64,000 nucleotides of DNA from an uncultured Chloroflexia bacterium (GCA_963766655.1 CAVYBB010000002.1:300300-364299), one strand, 5' to 3'; counted from the first letter of the stretch, positions 43,934 through 54,206 are shown. The notes: generated by a model not told the origin, from the letters alone. Numbers and translations are program-made.

Positions 43934-44415
43934 CGGCGACCCTCCGAATCGAGATGACCGTCAACGGTCGCGCGCGCGCGATCGACGTCGCGCCGCATCA
44001 CACGCTCCTCGAGGTCCTCCGCGAGGATCTCGGTCTCACCGGGACCAAGGAGTGCTGCCTCGTCGGCGAGTGCGGCGCCTGCACGGTCCTGGTCGACGAC
44101 GTGAGTGTCGACTCATGCCTGGTGCTCGCGGTCGAGGCCGATGGCGCGACGGTGACGACGGTGGAGGGGCTCAACGCAGGCGATCGGCTCCACCCCCTCC
44201 AGGCGGCGTTCCTCGAGAGCGGCGCGGCCCAATGCGGGTTCTGCATCCCGGGCCAGCTGGTGTCGGCGCAGGCGCTGCTCGCGCTCAACCCGGACCCGAC
44301 GCGGGCGGACGTCGAAGAGGGCCTCGCCGGCAACCTGTGCCGCTGCGCCGGGTACACCCAGATCATCGAAGCCGTCCTCGCCGCCGCCGCTGCGACCCGA
44401 GGCACAGAGCAATGA
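43930..44415 (+). CDS. (2Fe-2S)-binding subunit (CoxS-like)
   Basis: CxxGxCGxC and CGFC...CRCxGY cysteine motifs. ATGA overlap with the FAD subunit gene. Confidence 0.85.
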   Translation: MTATLRIEMTVNGRARAIDVAPHHTLLEVLREDLGLTGTKECCLVGECGACTVLVDDVSVDSCLVLAVEADGATVTTVEGLNAGDRLHPLQAAFLESGAAQCGFCIPGQLVSAQALLALNPDPTRADVEEGLAGNLCRCAGYTQIIEAVLAAAAATRGTEQ

Positions 44416-46658
44416 GCGACCAGGGCGTGGGTGCGTCGCCTGCCCGGGTCGGCGGGCTCGACCGGGTCACCGGTCGACAGGCGTATGTGGCCGACATCCG
44501 TCTCGACGACGTGCTCCACGCGAAGCTCGTCAGCCTCGACTGTGCCCGGGCACGGATCATCGCCATCGACACCAGCGCCGCCCTCGCGGTCCCCGGCGTC
44601 CGCCTCGCGATCACTGCGGCGGACCTCCCGCAGCCGGTCCCGCGCTTCGGCCCGCAGTTCCAGGATCGGCCGGTCCTCGCGGTCGGCGAGACCCACTATC
44701 ACGGTGAGCCTGTTGCCGCGATCGCCGCAGAGACGCACGACGCCGCGGAGGAGGCTGCCCGCCTCGTCCGGATCGAGTACGAGGAGCTGCCCGCGGTCTT
44801 CACGATCGCCGCCGCCCTCGATCCGGCCGCGCCGCTCGTCCAGGATCCGTCACTCCGGCCGGACGATCCGTTCGCGGCAACCAACGTCCTCCGCGAGCAC
44901 CACTACGGCTGGGGCGACGTGGAGGCGGCGGCCGCGGACGTCGTCGTCGAGGGGACCTACACGTTCCCGATGGTCACCCAGTTCGCGATCGAGCCGCACG
45001 CATTCATGGCGGCCCCGGACGACGATGGCATCGCCATCTGGAGCTCGATCCAGCACCCGAGCTGGCTGCAGCGGGTCATCGCCGAGCTGCTGCACCTGCC
45101 ACTCGCCAAGGTCCGGGTGTTCGCGCCCGACCCGGGCGGCGGCTTCGGCGGGAAGCAGCACGCCAAGTACGAGCCGCTGGTGGCGTTGATGGCCCTCGCG
45201 GCCGGCCGGCCGGTCCGCCTGGTGCTGACACTCGAGGAGACCTTCCAGGCCGTCCGGCGCGGAGCCTCGGAGATCCGCGTCCGCTCGGGATTCCGGACCG
45301 ATGGACGCCTGGTCTTCCGGGACATCGAGGCGAACTACCTGATCGGCGCGTACGCCGACATCGCCGACCGGACTGTCGCCAAGGGCAGCTACTCCTCGGG
45401 CGGGCCCTACATGACGCCGGCCGTGCGGATCGTGGCGCGAAGCATCCTCTCGCACACGACTCCTTCGACCGCCTTCCGCGGCTTCGGCAATCCGCAGCAG
45501 ATCTGGGCGGTCGAATCGAACATGGACGAGGCCGCCCGGGCGCTCGGCGTCGACCCGCTCGCGCTCCGTCTCATGAACCTCGCCCGGCCGGGTGACGCCT
45601 TCATACCCGGCGACACCCCGGCCGACGGTGACTGGGCCCGGACCGTCGAGCGGGCCGCCGAGCTGATCGGGTGGGGGACTCCAACGGCGCCCGGTCGTGG
45701 TCGTGGCCTGGCCGTCGGGCTCAAGTCCGGCCCGACGACGGGTCTCTCCTATTCCACCGTCCGCCTGCTCGCAGACGGGAGTGTCATCGTCCATGCCGGC
45801 ACGTCCGACATGGGCCAGGGCGCCCGGACGATCTTCGCCCAGATCGCGGCCCAGGAGCTCGGCGCGCCGCTCGACTGGGTCACGATCATCATGGGCGACA
45901 CTGCCGTCGTTCCGTACGACCAGCAGACGTCGGCGAGCCGATCGTCCGTGCTGATGGGCAACTCGGTGCTCCTGGCCTGCCGCGACGTCCAGGCGAAGCT
46001 ACGGGCGATGGCGGCGAGGCTCGAATCCGTCGAGGAGGCCGCGGTCGTCGTCGATCGCGGTGAGGTCCGGATCGGCGAGCGCGTCCTGCCCATCCGCGAC
46101 GTGCTGATCCGGGGACTCGGCCGGCTTGGCGGCGAGATCATCGGGATCGGCGAGATGCGCAAGGAGGCCGAGCCAGAGCACCCGCTGGGCGGGACGGCGG
46201 CGTTCTTCGAGTTCAACTGCACCGCCGTCGAGGTCGAGGTCGACCGGGCCACGGGCGACATCGTCATCGCCCGGCACGTCACCGTGTCGGACGTGGGCAA
46301 GGCGCTGAACCCGCTCCAGGTCCGCGGCCAGGACGAGGGCGCCGCGATCATGGGCCTCGGCCACACGCTGATGGAGCACTACATCTACGACGACGCCGGC
46401 AGGATCCGCAACCTCGGCGCGATCGACTACCGGATCCCGACCAGCATGGACCTGCCGCTCGTCCTGGAGAGCGCGATCATCGAGAACGAGGACGGGCCAG
46501 GGCCGTACGGCTCGAAGGGGATGAGCGAGGGCGCCCTCCTCTGCGTCGCCCCGGCCGTGGCGGCCGCCGTTCGGGACGCCACCGGCGTCGTGATCCGCGA
46601 TCTGCCCCTGTCGCCGGAGCGGGTCTGGCGCGCGCTCAACGACTCGTCGGGCCGATGA
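44412..46658 (+). CDS. Xanthine dehydrogenase-family molybdopterin-binding large subunit (CoxL-like)
   Basis: Ald_Xan_dh_C and C2 domains (GGGFGGK, the FRGFG-like region, and the C-terminal E...G..E region). ATGA overlap with the FeS subunit gene. Confidence 0.85.
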   Translation: MSDQGVGASPARVGGLDRVTGRQAYVADIRLDDVLHAKLVSLDCARARIIAIDTSAALAVPGVRLAITAADLPQPVPRFGPQFQDRPVLAVGETHYHGEPVAAIAAETHDAAEEAARLVRIEYEELPAVFTIAAALDPAAPLVQDPSLRPDDPFAATNVLREHHYGWGDVEAAAADVVVEGTYTFPMVTQFAIEPHAFMAAPDDDGIAIWSSIQHPSWLQRVIAELLHLPLAKVRVFAPDPGGGFGGKQHAKYEPLVALMALAAGRPVRLVLTLEETFQAVRRGASEIRVRSGFRTDGRLVFRDIEANYLIGAYADIADRTVAKGSYSSGGPYMTPAVRIVARSILSHTTPSTAFRGFGNPQQIWAVESNMDEAARALGVDPLALRLMNLARPGDAFIPGDTPADGDWARTVERAAELIGWGTPTAPGRGRGLAVGLKSGPTTGLSYSTVRLLADGSVIVHAGTSDMGQGARTIFAQIAAQELGAPLDWVTIIMGDTAVVPYDQQTSASRSSVLMGNSVLLACRDVQAKLRAMAARLESVEEAAVVVDRGEVRIGERVLPIRDVLIRGLGRLGGEIIGIGEMRKEAEPEHPLGGTAAFFEFNCTAVEVEVDRATGDIVIARHVTVSDVGKALNPLQVRGQDEGAAIMGLGHTLMEHYIYDDAGRIRNLGAIDYRIPTSMDLPLVLESAIIENEDGPGPYGSKGMSEGALLCVAPAVAAAVRDATGVVIRDLPLSPERVWRALNDSSGR

Positions 46659-48784
46659 CGCTCGCCTTCGCGCTCGACGCACCGCATGCACTCACGCTCG
46701 CCGAGACGACGGCGCTCATCGGCGGCAAGGCCGCCAACCTCGGGGTGATGTCGCGCGAGCTGGGTCTTCCTGTGCCACCCGGCTTTGCGATCACGACCTC
46801 AACGTGCCGGGACTATCTCGCCGGCGGTTGGCCGGCCGGCCTCGACGACGAGCTTCGGGTCCGGATGGCCGGCGTGGAGGCGGCCGTCGGGCGTCGTTTC
46901 GGCGACCCGGAGGATCCGCTCCTCGTCAGCGTCCGGTCCGGTGCCCCAATCTCGATGCCCGGGATGATGGACACGATCCTGAACCTCGGGTTGAACGATG
47001 CGACGACGGGCGGCCTGGCGCGCACTGCCGGCGGCGACGCGTTCGCGCGAAGCTGTCGCGAGCGGTTTGCGACGAGCTTCCGGGCAATCGTCGGCGTCGA
47101 CGACATCCCCGAGGACCCCTGGCGCCAGCTTCGCCTGGCGATCGAGGCTGTCTTCCGATCGTGGAACAGCGACCGGGCCGTAGCTTACCGTCGGAGAGAG
47201 GGGATTCCGGACGACCTCGGGACGGCGGTGACCGTCCAGGCGATGGTCTTCGGCAATCGCGGTGCGACCTCGGCGACCGGGGTCCTGTTCACCCGCAACC
47301 CGGCGACCGGCGAGCCGACGCTCTACGGCGACGTCATGTTCGACGCCCAGGGCGAGGACGTCGTCGCCGGGACGCATCGGACCGAGCCGATCGACGTCCT
47401 CGACGAGCGCCTGCCATCGCTCGCCGCGGAGCTTCGGGGCTACGCGACGCGGCTCGAGCGGCACTACGCCGATCTATGCGACATCGAGTTCACGATCGAG
47501 GAGGGCAGGCTCTGGATGCTCCAGGTCCGGGTTGGCAAGCGCAGCCCGCAGGCCGCGCTTCGGATCGCCGTCGACATGGCGCAGGACGAGTCGTTCCCGG
47601 TGTCGCGGGCGGACGCGGTCGGGCGTGTCGCCTCGCTCCTCGCCCATCCGCCGACGACGTCGAGCGCCCACAGCAGCTTCGTCGTTCCGATCGCGACGGG
47701 TCTGCCGGCCTCGCCGGGCATGGCGAGCGGTCCGATCGTCACGAGCCCCGAGGCCGCCGAGGCAGCGGCCGAGGCCGGACGGGCGGCAATTCTCGTCCGG
47801 GCCGAGACCTCGCCCGACGACGTCCACGGGATGGCCAGGGCAGCCGGCATCCTGACATCCCGCGGTGGGCTGGCGAGCCACGCCGCCGTCGTCGCCCGTG
47901 GTTGGGGGATTCCGGCCGTGGTCGGCGCCGTGGGGATCGAGGTTCGCGACGGCCAGGTCGTCATCGGCTACAGGGTCCTGAACGCCGGCGACGTCGTCAC
48001 GATCGACGGCAGCACCGGCGAGGTCTACGAGGGGACGGTCCCGGGAGCGACGGAAGTGGTGCCCGAGGCCCGGACGCTGCTGACGTGGGCGAAGGAGCTC
48101 GGGATCGCGATCGGTGATGACGCGGCGGCCGCCGATCCAGCGAGCGTCCCGGCGGCCGCACGCAAGGTGACTCCCGACGACTGCCTCCGGGCGATCGCGA
48201 TCAAGGGCTTCGCCCAGCCCCAGGGCGTGGCCGACGTCGTGCTGTCGACGCCGGACGCGGTCCGCCCGATCCTCGATCAACTGGTCATCGACGGCCTGGT
48301 GGCATCGGTCGCGGGCGCCCATCGCCTGACCGAGGCGGGAACGACCCGGTCGGGCCTCCTGCGCGCCGCGGAGCAGGTGGCCTGGGGCGTCGATCATGCC
48401 GCCGCGGCGCTCGACGCCTTCGTCGATCTCGACCACCGGATGAAGGACGCGGTGACCGCGTGGCAGCTCCGTGGCGACCCGCAGGAACAGTTAGTCAACG
48501 ACCACTCGGATGCCGCGTACGATCGGGGAGTCCTCGACCGGCTGGCCGGCCTCCACGCCGATGCCATGACGTGGCTGACGCCCCTCGAGCAGGGCTGTCC
48601 CCGGCTGGCGGATTACCGGGCCCGGCTCGGCCGGGCGATCGAGCTTGCCCAGGGCGGCGACCAGCGGTATGTCGCGTCGCCGCGCGTCGACAGCTACCAC
48701 GGGATCTGGTTCGAGCTGCACGAGGACCTGATCCAGCTCGCCGGCCGCAGCCGCGAGGACGAAGTTGCCGCAGGACGGGCGTAG
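46655..48784 (+). CDS. Pyruvate-phosphate-dikinase-like protein: N-terminal ATP-grasp (PPDK_N), central phospho-His domain, and a ~230 aa C-terminal domain of unknown function; no PEP/pyruvate TIM barrel
   Basis: N-terminal motif LIGGKAANLG...GFAITT, central swivel domain GGLASHAAVVARGWGIPAVVG. ATGA overlap with coxL. Confidence 0.7.
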   Translation: MTLAFALDAPHALTLAETTALIGGKAANLGVMSRELGLPVPPGFAITTSTCRDYLAGGWPAGLDDELRVRMAGVEAAVGRRFGDPEDPLLVSVRSGAPISMPGMMDTILNLGLNDATTGGLARTAGGDAFARSCRERFATSFRAIVGVDDIPEDPWRQLRLAIEAVFRSWNSDRAVAYRRREGIPDDLGTAVTVQAMVFGNRGATSATGVLFTRNPATGEPTLYGDVMFDAQGEDVVAGTHRTEPIDVLDERLPSLAAELRGYATRLERHYADLCDIEFTIEEGRLWMLQVRVGKRSPQAALRIAVDMAQDESFPVSRADAVGRVASLLAHPPTTSSAHSSFVVPIATGLPASPGMASGPIVTSPEAAEAAAEAGRAAILVRAETSPDDVHGMARAAGILTSRGGLASHAAVVARGWGIPAVVGAVGIEVRDGQVVIGYRVLNAGDVVTIDGSTGEVYEGTVPGATEVVPEARTLLTWAKELGIAIGDDAAAADPASVPAAARKVTPDDCLRAIAIKGFAQPQGVADVVLSTPDAVRPILDQLVIDGLVASVAGAHRLTEAGTTRSGLLRAAEQVAWGVDHAAAALDAFVDLDHRMKDAVTAWQLRGDPQEQLVNDHSDAAYDRGVLDRLAGLHADAMTWLTPLEQGCPRLADYRARLGRAIELAQGGDQRYVASPRVDSYHGIWFELHEDLIQLAGRSREDEVAAGRA

Positions 48785-48832
48785 CCGCGTGACAGCAAGT
48801 GAGTGACATCGGTGTGAGCTAGCCTGAAGCGC

Positions 48833-49441
48833 ATGCCATTAGCCGAGTCGTCCGCCTTCTTCACCATCGACGAGAACCAGCGCGGTCTCGGCGTCATGCC
48901 CGACGAAGACGTCGATCTCCGAGGGCTCCTCCGCGGCTCATGGGTTCCGCGCGAACCAATCCCCTTCCGGCCCAACGTCGGGAGCGTTCCCAGCGATCTG
49001 ATCATGGGTGGGGCGATCGAGACATGGCTGATTTCCGCCAAATTTCGGAGCGTTCTGGAAGCCGGCGGCTTTACGGGCTGGTCGACCTACCCCGTAGCGC
49101 CACGTGGCCGCCGCGGAGTGTCCCTCGATGGATATTCAGGCCTGTCGATCACCGGACGAGCTGGCCTTCCGAGGTGGGAGCAAAGCCAACCATTCGTCAC
49201 TCAATACGTGCCCAACGGGCCGCCCGTGCCGTGCGTCCGAGGCATCTACTTTGACGCGGACACATGGGATGGCAGCGACATGTTCCTTCTGGGGGATTAC
49301 GGCTATCGCATCGTCACCGCGAACGTTCGCAACGCTCTCGTCGCCGCTAAGATTCGGAATGTTCGTTTCGGCCGCCTGTCAGAGCGTGAGATCGCCGTGA
49401 GTGCGATGAGGCGCGAGGTTCAGTCGCTTTTCACGGAGTGA
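48833..49441 (+). CDS. Hypothetical protein in a lower-GC islet
   Basis: Local GC of ~60% versus ~72% elsewhere, with atypical codons (tta, aaa, ttt). No recognisable catalytic motif. Confidence 0.45.
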   Translation: MPLAESSAFFTIDENQRGLGVMPDEDVDLRGLLRGSWVPREPIPFRPNVGSVPSDLIMGGAIETWLISAKFRSVLEAGGFTGWSTYPVAPRGRRGVSLDGYSGLSITGRAGLPRWEQSQPFVTQYVPNGPPVPCVRGIYFDADTWDGSDMFLLGDYGYRIVTANVRNALVAAKIRNVRFGRLSEREIAVSAMRREVQSLFTE

Positions 49442-49814
49442 CATTGGCGCACGCTGAGCGATCACAGGGCGCTCTATCCTCCGGGGTGGGTTCGCAAGGT
49501 GGGTGACCGGGATTCCCGGAACTGGCTGGTTGGCTTCTTGGGCCTTCCGCGGCTTGCGTGGAAGCACCTGCGAGCGACACAAGACTCGGGAGCAGGGTCC
49601 GCCAAGTTGGATCCGAGCCTGACGGTCGTCATCGAGACGGCCGGGTCGGGCGTCCAGGTATCAGGGTCGGCAAAGTCCCCGACGGGACCCGGGCTCACCG
49701 TCAGCGACTTCCACACGTTCGGCCTCGGCGAGGGCGAACTTGACGGGATCGGCCAATTGCTGATAATCGGGACAAGAGAGCCCCTGAATTATCCGATTAT
49801 CCGTAGTTGGTGTC

Positions 49815-50882
49815 ATGCACAGCTTCCTCGACCTGGACCGAACGCTCGGCGCCCAGCCCCTCCGACTGGGCGCTCGTCTGGCGAGCCTCGATGTCCGGCG
49901 CGGGCGAGAAGGCATGTACCGGGACCAGCTTCCACAGATCCTGGAGGCGCTTGCCGAAACGACGCGGATCGAGTCGATCACCGCGTCGAGCGCGATCGAG
50001 GGCATCGTCGTCGATCCAGGTCGCATCAAGCGCCTCGCCGAAGGCGGTGAGACCCGCCGGTTCCGCAACCGGAACGAGCGCGAGTTCGCTGGCTACCGGG
50101 ACGCGATCGACGAGATCGCGCGAGCGAGGACGCTCGAGACGCTCAGCGTGCCCTACATCCTCCACCTGCACCGGCTCCTGTTCGGTCACACCAACGGCGG
50201 CGGCGGTCGCCTGAAGACGGACCAGAACTACATCGCGAGCTACGAGCAGGGGCACCGGACGATCCTCTTTACGCCGTCGTCGCCCAAGGAGACCCAGTCC
50301 TTCCTGCCCGAGCTCCTCGTGCGCTATAACGAGGCGGTCGAGAACGACGCGGCCCACCCGATCCTGTTGATCGGGGCGCTCATCCTCGACTTCCTGGCAA
50401 TCCATCCCGTTGCCGACGGCAACGGTCGGCTGGCCCGCCTGCTGACCACACACACGCTGCTCCAGCGGGACTACGGTGTCTCGCGCTACGTCAGCATTGA
50501 GCAGCGGATGTTCGAAACGAGGGACGCGTACTACGACGCGCTGTACGCGGCGCAACGAAACTGGCACACAGGCGCGCACGACATCTGGCCGTGGATCGAC
50601 TATCTCGTGGGCGTGCTCGAGGACGCCTACGACGATTTCGAGGCCAGGATCGCTGCACGACGAAGCCTGTCCTCCCTCTCGAAGCAGGGACAGGTTCGCC
50701 AGTACGTGCTGGAGCACGCCCCGCGCGTCTTCCGCCTGCGAGACGTTCGCGCCGCCCTCCCGGGCGTGAGTGATCCGACGATCAAGCTCGTGCTCGCACA
50801 GCTTCGACGGGACGGCTCGATCGAGCCCGCCGAGGCTGGAGCGAGCGGGCCGCGGGCCGCGTGGCGCCGAGCGTCCCCGTAG
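49815..50882 (+). CDS. Fic-family protein (class II, carrying an N-terminal inhibitory SxxxEG motif)
   Basis: Fic motif HPVADGNGRLARLL, N-terminal inhibitory motif SSAIEG, and a C-terminal winged-helix-like extension. Confidence 0.8.
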   Translation: MHSFLDLDRTLGAQPLRLGARLASLDVRRGREGMYRDQLPQILEALAETTRIESITASSAIEGIVVDPGRIKRLAEGGETRRFRNRNEREFAGYRDAIDEIARARTLETLSVPYILHLHRLLFGHTNGGGGRLKTDQNYIASYEQGHRTILFTPSSPKETQSFLPELLVRYNEAVENDAAHPILLIGALILDFLAIHPVADGNGRLARLLTTHTLLQRDYGVSRYVSIEQRMFETRDAYYDALYAAQRNWHTGAHDIWPWIDYLVGVLEDAYDDFEARIAARRSLSSLSKQGQVRQYVLEHAPRVFRLRDVRAALPGVSDPTIKLVLAQLRRDGSIEPAEAGASGPRAAWRRASP

Positions 50883-50888
50883 CCGCCC

Positions 50889-51785
50889 TCAGCGGCCCTT
50901 GGCGTAACCCGTGGCAGTGAGCTTGTCCCAGAGCGTCCCGGCGTTGTTGTTCTGGATGTGATCCATCATGTAGGCCTGTCCGACGTCGACCGGGCCGAAC
51001 GCGTCGTCGAAGCGGACCCGGGCGATCGTTTCCTCGCGCGTCCAGCCCTTCGCCACCGCGTCGGCCACGGCGGCCTTCCACTGGAGCAGGACGGAGCGTT
51101 GCGTGTTGACGTACTTGATCGTCTGCACGGGACCATGGCCCGGGATCAGGTGGTCGACGTCGAGCTGGCGGATCCGCTCGAGCGCCTCGATCCACTGGTC
51201 GACGTTCGAGGTCATCAGCCACGTCTGGCACTCGCTGAAGATCGTGTCGCCGGTGAACACGACGCGCTCCTCCGGGACGTGGACCGCGAGCTGGCCGGGC
51301 GTGTGGCCGGGCGTCCACAGGCAGTGGAACGTGTGGTCGCCGACCTTGAGCGTCAGGTCGCCGGTGAAGACGACCGTGCCGCGGGGCAGCGCGGCGTAAT
51401 AGTCGTCCCGATCAGGGAGGAGCGCCGCTCCGTCGGGGTCATCGGTGGGGATCGCCTCGAGCGCGTAGGCGAACGGGTCGAGCGCCGCGTTCGGATCCAT
51501 GAAGATGTCGTACAGCGCCTGGTGGTTGACGACCTCGCCGGCGCCGCGGAACCACCAGTTGCCGAAGATGTGGTCGACGTGGTTCTCAGTGTTGATCAGG
51601 TAGCGGATGGGGCCGTGCGACTCGGCCTCCGCGCGCATCGCGACCGCGCGCGTCGGCAGCTGCGGCGTGTCGATCACGACGACGCCGTCAGAGGTGGTGA
51701 CGAAACTCGGGTTGCAGCCGCGCAGCTTCGTCGTCGTGAAGATGTTCGGCGTGACGCGCTCGAGATCGAGGGTCCCTGCGGGCAT
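50889..51785 (-). CDS. MBL-fold metallo-hydrolase
   Basis: HxHxDH motif (TENHVDHIFG) and downstream His/Asp ligands. Confidence 0.75.
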   Translation of the reverse strand: MPAGTLDLERVTPNIFTTTKLRGCNPSFVTTSDGVVVIDTPQLPTRAVAMRAEAESHGPIRYLINTENHVDHIFGNWWFRGAGEVVNHQALYDIFMDPNAALDPFAYALEAIPTDDPDGAALLPDRDDYYAALPRGTVVFTGDLTLKVGDHTFHCLWTPGHTPGQLAVHVPEERVVFTGDTIFSECQTWLMTSNVDQWIEALERIRQLDVDHLIPGHGPVQTIKYVNTQRSVLLQWKAAVADAVAKGWTREETIARVRFDDAFGPVDVGQAYMMDHIQNNNAGTLWDKLTATGYAKGR

Positions 51786-51802
51786 GACGATGCGCTCCTT
51801 GA

Positions 51803-52588
51803 TTACTGGGTCGCGGTGAGACCGCCGTCGATCCCGAGGACCTGGCCGGTCACGAACGATGCGGCGTCGGAACAGAAGAAGATCGCCGGGCCGACGAGGT
51901 CACGCGTCTCGCCCACGCGGCCGAGCGGAATCCGGCTGACGATGCCAGCCTTGAACGCCGGGTCCGCGAGCAGCATGGCCACCTGGGGCGTGTCGACGAA
52001 CGTCGGCATGATGGCGTTGACGCGGATGTCGTACTTCGCCCACTCGGTCGCCCACTGCCGGGTCAGCGAGCTGATGGCGCCCTTGGCCGCCACGTACGCC
52101 GAGTAGCCGGCATTGATCCCGAGGTTGGCGCGCACGGACGAGATGTTGAGGATGCGTCCGCCCCTGCCCCGTTCGATCATCGCCCGGACCACAGCCTGGG
52201 TGGGCACGATCGTGCTTCGGACGTTCAACTCCATGATCCAGTCCCAGTCCGACCGCGGGTATTCCTCGGCGGGATGGAGGACCTTGCCGGCGCCCCCGCC
52301 GACCGCGTTGACCAGGATGTCGATTTGACCGAATCGCTCGAGAGTCTCCTGGACCATCCGCTCGCCGTCGGATTCGCTCGTCGCGTCGGCCGTGATCGCG
52401 AGGCCCTCGGATCCGGCCGCCGCAATCCGCTCGACAGTGGCATCGCATGTCTCGCGGGTCCGGCCGGCCACGGCGACCCGAGCCCCGGCACCGGCCAGCG
52501 CCTCGGCCAGTGCGGACCCGATGCCGCCTCCGCCGCCCGGGATGAGAGCGACTCGTCCCTCCAGGCTGAAGATGTCGAGTGGCCTCAT
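51803..52588 (-). CDS. SDR-family oxidoreductase
   Basis: Motifs GGGGGIG, NAVG and YxxxK (YSAYVAAK). Confidence 0.8.
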   Translation of the reverse strand: MRPLDIFSLEGRVALIPGGGGGIGSALAEALAGAGARVAVAGRTRETCDATVERIAAAGSEGLAITADATSESDGERMVQETLERFGQIDILVNAVGGGAGKVLHPAEEYPRSDWDWIMELNVRSTIVPTQAVVRAMIERGRGGRILNISSVRANLGINAGYSAYVAAKGAISSLTRQWATEWAKYDIRVNAIMPTFVDTPQVAMLLADPAFKAGIVSRIPLGRVGETRDLVGPAIFFCSDAASFVTGQVLGIDGGLTATQ

Positions 52589-52715
52589 CGTGCTCCTTCG
52601 GGCGATGGCCGCGGGACGTCCGCTTCGCGCGTTTGATCGATTATCGAGAATAGCCGAGCGGCGATACAGCGTCAACGCGCCCGCCCGCCCGAGACCCTCC
52701 GGCGCGGCGAGCCCG

Positions 52716-53105
52716 CTACTCGGTCGCGAGCGCCTTCTTCATCATCGCCAGCGACGCGTCCGGCCCCTTGAAGCCGACGAGGTACTCGAGCCTGATCGGC
52801 GCGAAGCACTCGTAGAAGACGACGTCCTCCTTGGTCAGCTGGCGAAAAGCGTGGACCCAGTCGGACGGGATGATCAGCAGCGACCCGGGACCGACCTCGG
52901 ACTCCTCGTCTCCGACCCTGGCCCACAGCCGGCCCTGGACGACGAGCATGATCTGCTCCGCCGGGTGACTGTGGTCCGGGATGACCACGCCGCCCCGGTA
53001 GACGATGCGGGTCAGCATCGTCTTCTCGCCCGAGACCGCCTGCCGGAAGACGCCGGGGACGTATTCGACGGTGGGGAACTCGTCCCAGGTCGTGATCTGG
53101 CTCAT
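52716..53105 (-). CDS. Cupin-domain protein
   Basis: Cupin motifs HSHPAEQIMLVVQG and PSDWVHAF. Confidence 0.65.
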   Translation of the reverse strand: MSQITTWDEFPTVEYVPGVFRQAVSGEKTMLTRIVYRGGVVIPDHSHPAEQIMLVVQGRLWARVGDEESEVGPGSLLIIPSDWVHAFRQLTKEDVVFYECFAPIRLEYLVGFKGPDASLAMMKKALATE

Positions 53106-53134
53106 GGGATCTCCTCTGGTCGATGCAGGGGCAT

Positions 53135-54149
53135 TCAGGCGCGGGCGGCCGCGGCCTTCGCGTCGAGACCGCGGAGGATCTTCTCCGGCGTGACGGGCAG
53201 CTCGTCGATCCGGACGCCGGTCGCGTGGTAGATCGCATTGACGATCGCCGGGATCGGCGAGTTCGCGGTCATCTCACCGACGCCCTTGACGCCGTACGGA
53301 CCGTTCGACGAGGGGAACTCGAGGACGACCGACTCGATGGCCGGCGTCTCGGTGATCCCGGGCATGAGGTACTCACTGAAGTCCTTCGGGTTGTGGTCCG
53401 GCGCGGGGTAGTAGGGCGCGGTCGTCTCGTACAGGGCGTGGGAGACCGCCATCCAGGCACCGCCGGCGATCTGGCCCTGGACCAGGGCCGGGTTCACCTG
53501 GCGGCCGACCTCGTAGGCGCTCCTGATGCTGAGGACGGCCACCACGCCCGTCTCGGTGTCGACCTCGACCTCCGCCACGGTGCAGGCGTGCGCCTCGGTC
53601 GAATTCGGGGTCCATCGCCCCGGTCTCCGGATCGACCGGGCTCCGCGGCTTCATGAAGCTGCCGCGGCCGGCGATCGTGCGGCCGTACTTGAACTGGGCG
53701 AGCGCGGCGATGTCGGCGATCTTCACGGACCTGGCCGGCACGCCCCTGACCATGAGATTGCCGTGGCCGTCGAGATCGATCTCGTCCGCGGACGCCTCGA
53801 GCTCCTCGGCCGCGACCTCGAGGAGCGCCTGCTTCGCCTCGAGCGCGGCCGCGATCACGGCGTTGCCCACCCGGTGGGTCGCTCTGCTGGCGAACGTGCC
53901 CATGTCGTGCGGCCCGGTATCGGTGTCGGCCGTGTCGACGACGATCTCCTCGAACGCCACGCCCATCGTCTCGGCGGCGATCTGGCCGATGACCGTCCGC
54001 AGCCCCTGCCCGAGGTCCGTGGCCGAGAGCGTCACGACGAACGAGCCGCTCGTCGTGGCGTGGATCAGGGCCTGGGACGGGTCCCCGCCGAGGTTCATCC
54101 CGGTCGGGTAGTTGACGGCGGCGATGCCGGTCCCACGCAGCTTGGCCAT
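53135..54149 (-). pseudogene. XDH-family molybdopterin subunit, C-terminal gene of a split Mo subunit, with a frameshift near 53590
   Basis: It has its own RBS (GGAGGC) and ATG at 54149. Frame 0 runs MAKLRGTG...DPETGA, then switches to PNSTEAHACTVAEVEVDTETG; removing one A from gcgAtgg restores GAWTPNSTEAHAC. Confidence 0.5.
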
Positions 54150-54206
54150 CGCTAGGAGCCTCCGTCCTGGGCGGCGCTGCGCGGCGCCGATGTCATCGCC
54201 TTGAAC

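Noticed and set aside
49442-49814. Possible tRNA or small RNA between the hypothetical gene and fic
   Set aside because: No T-loop GGTTCGAATCC-like motif or cloverleaf could be assembled by eye. Only AT-rich direct repeats were seen.
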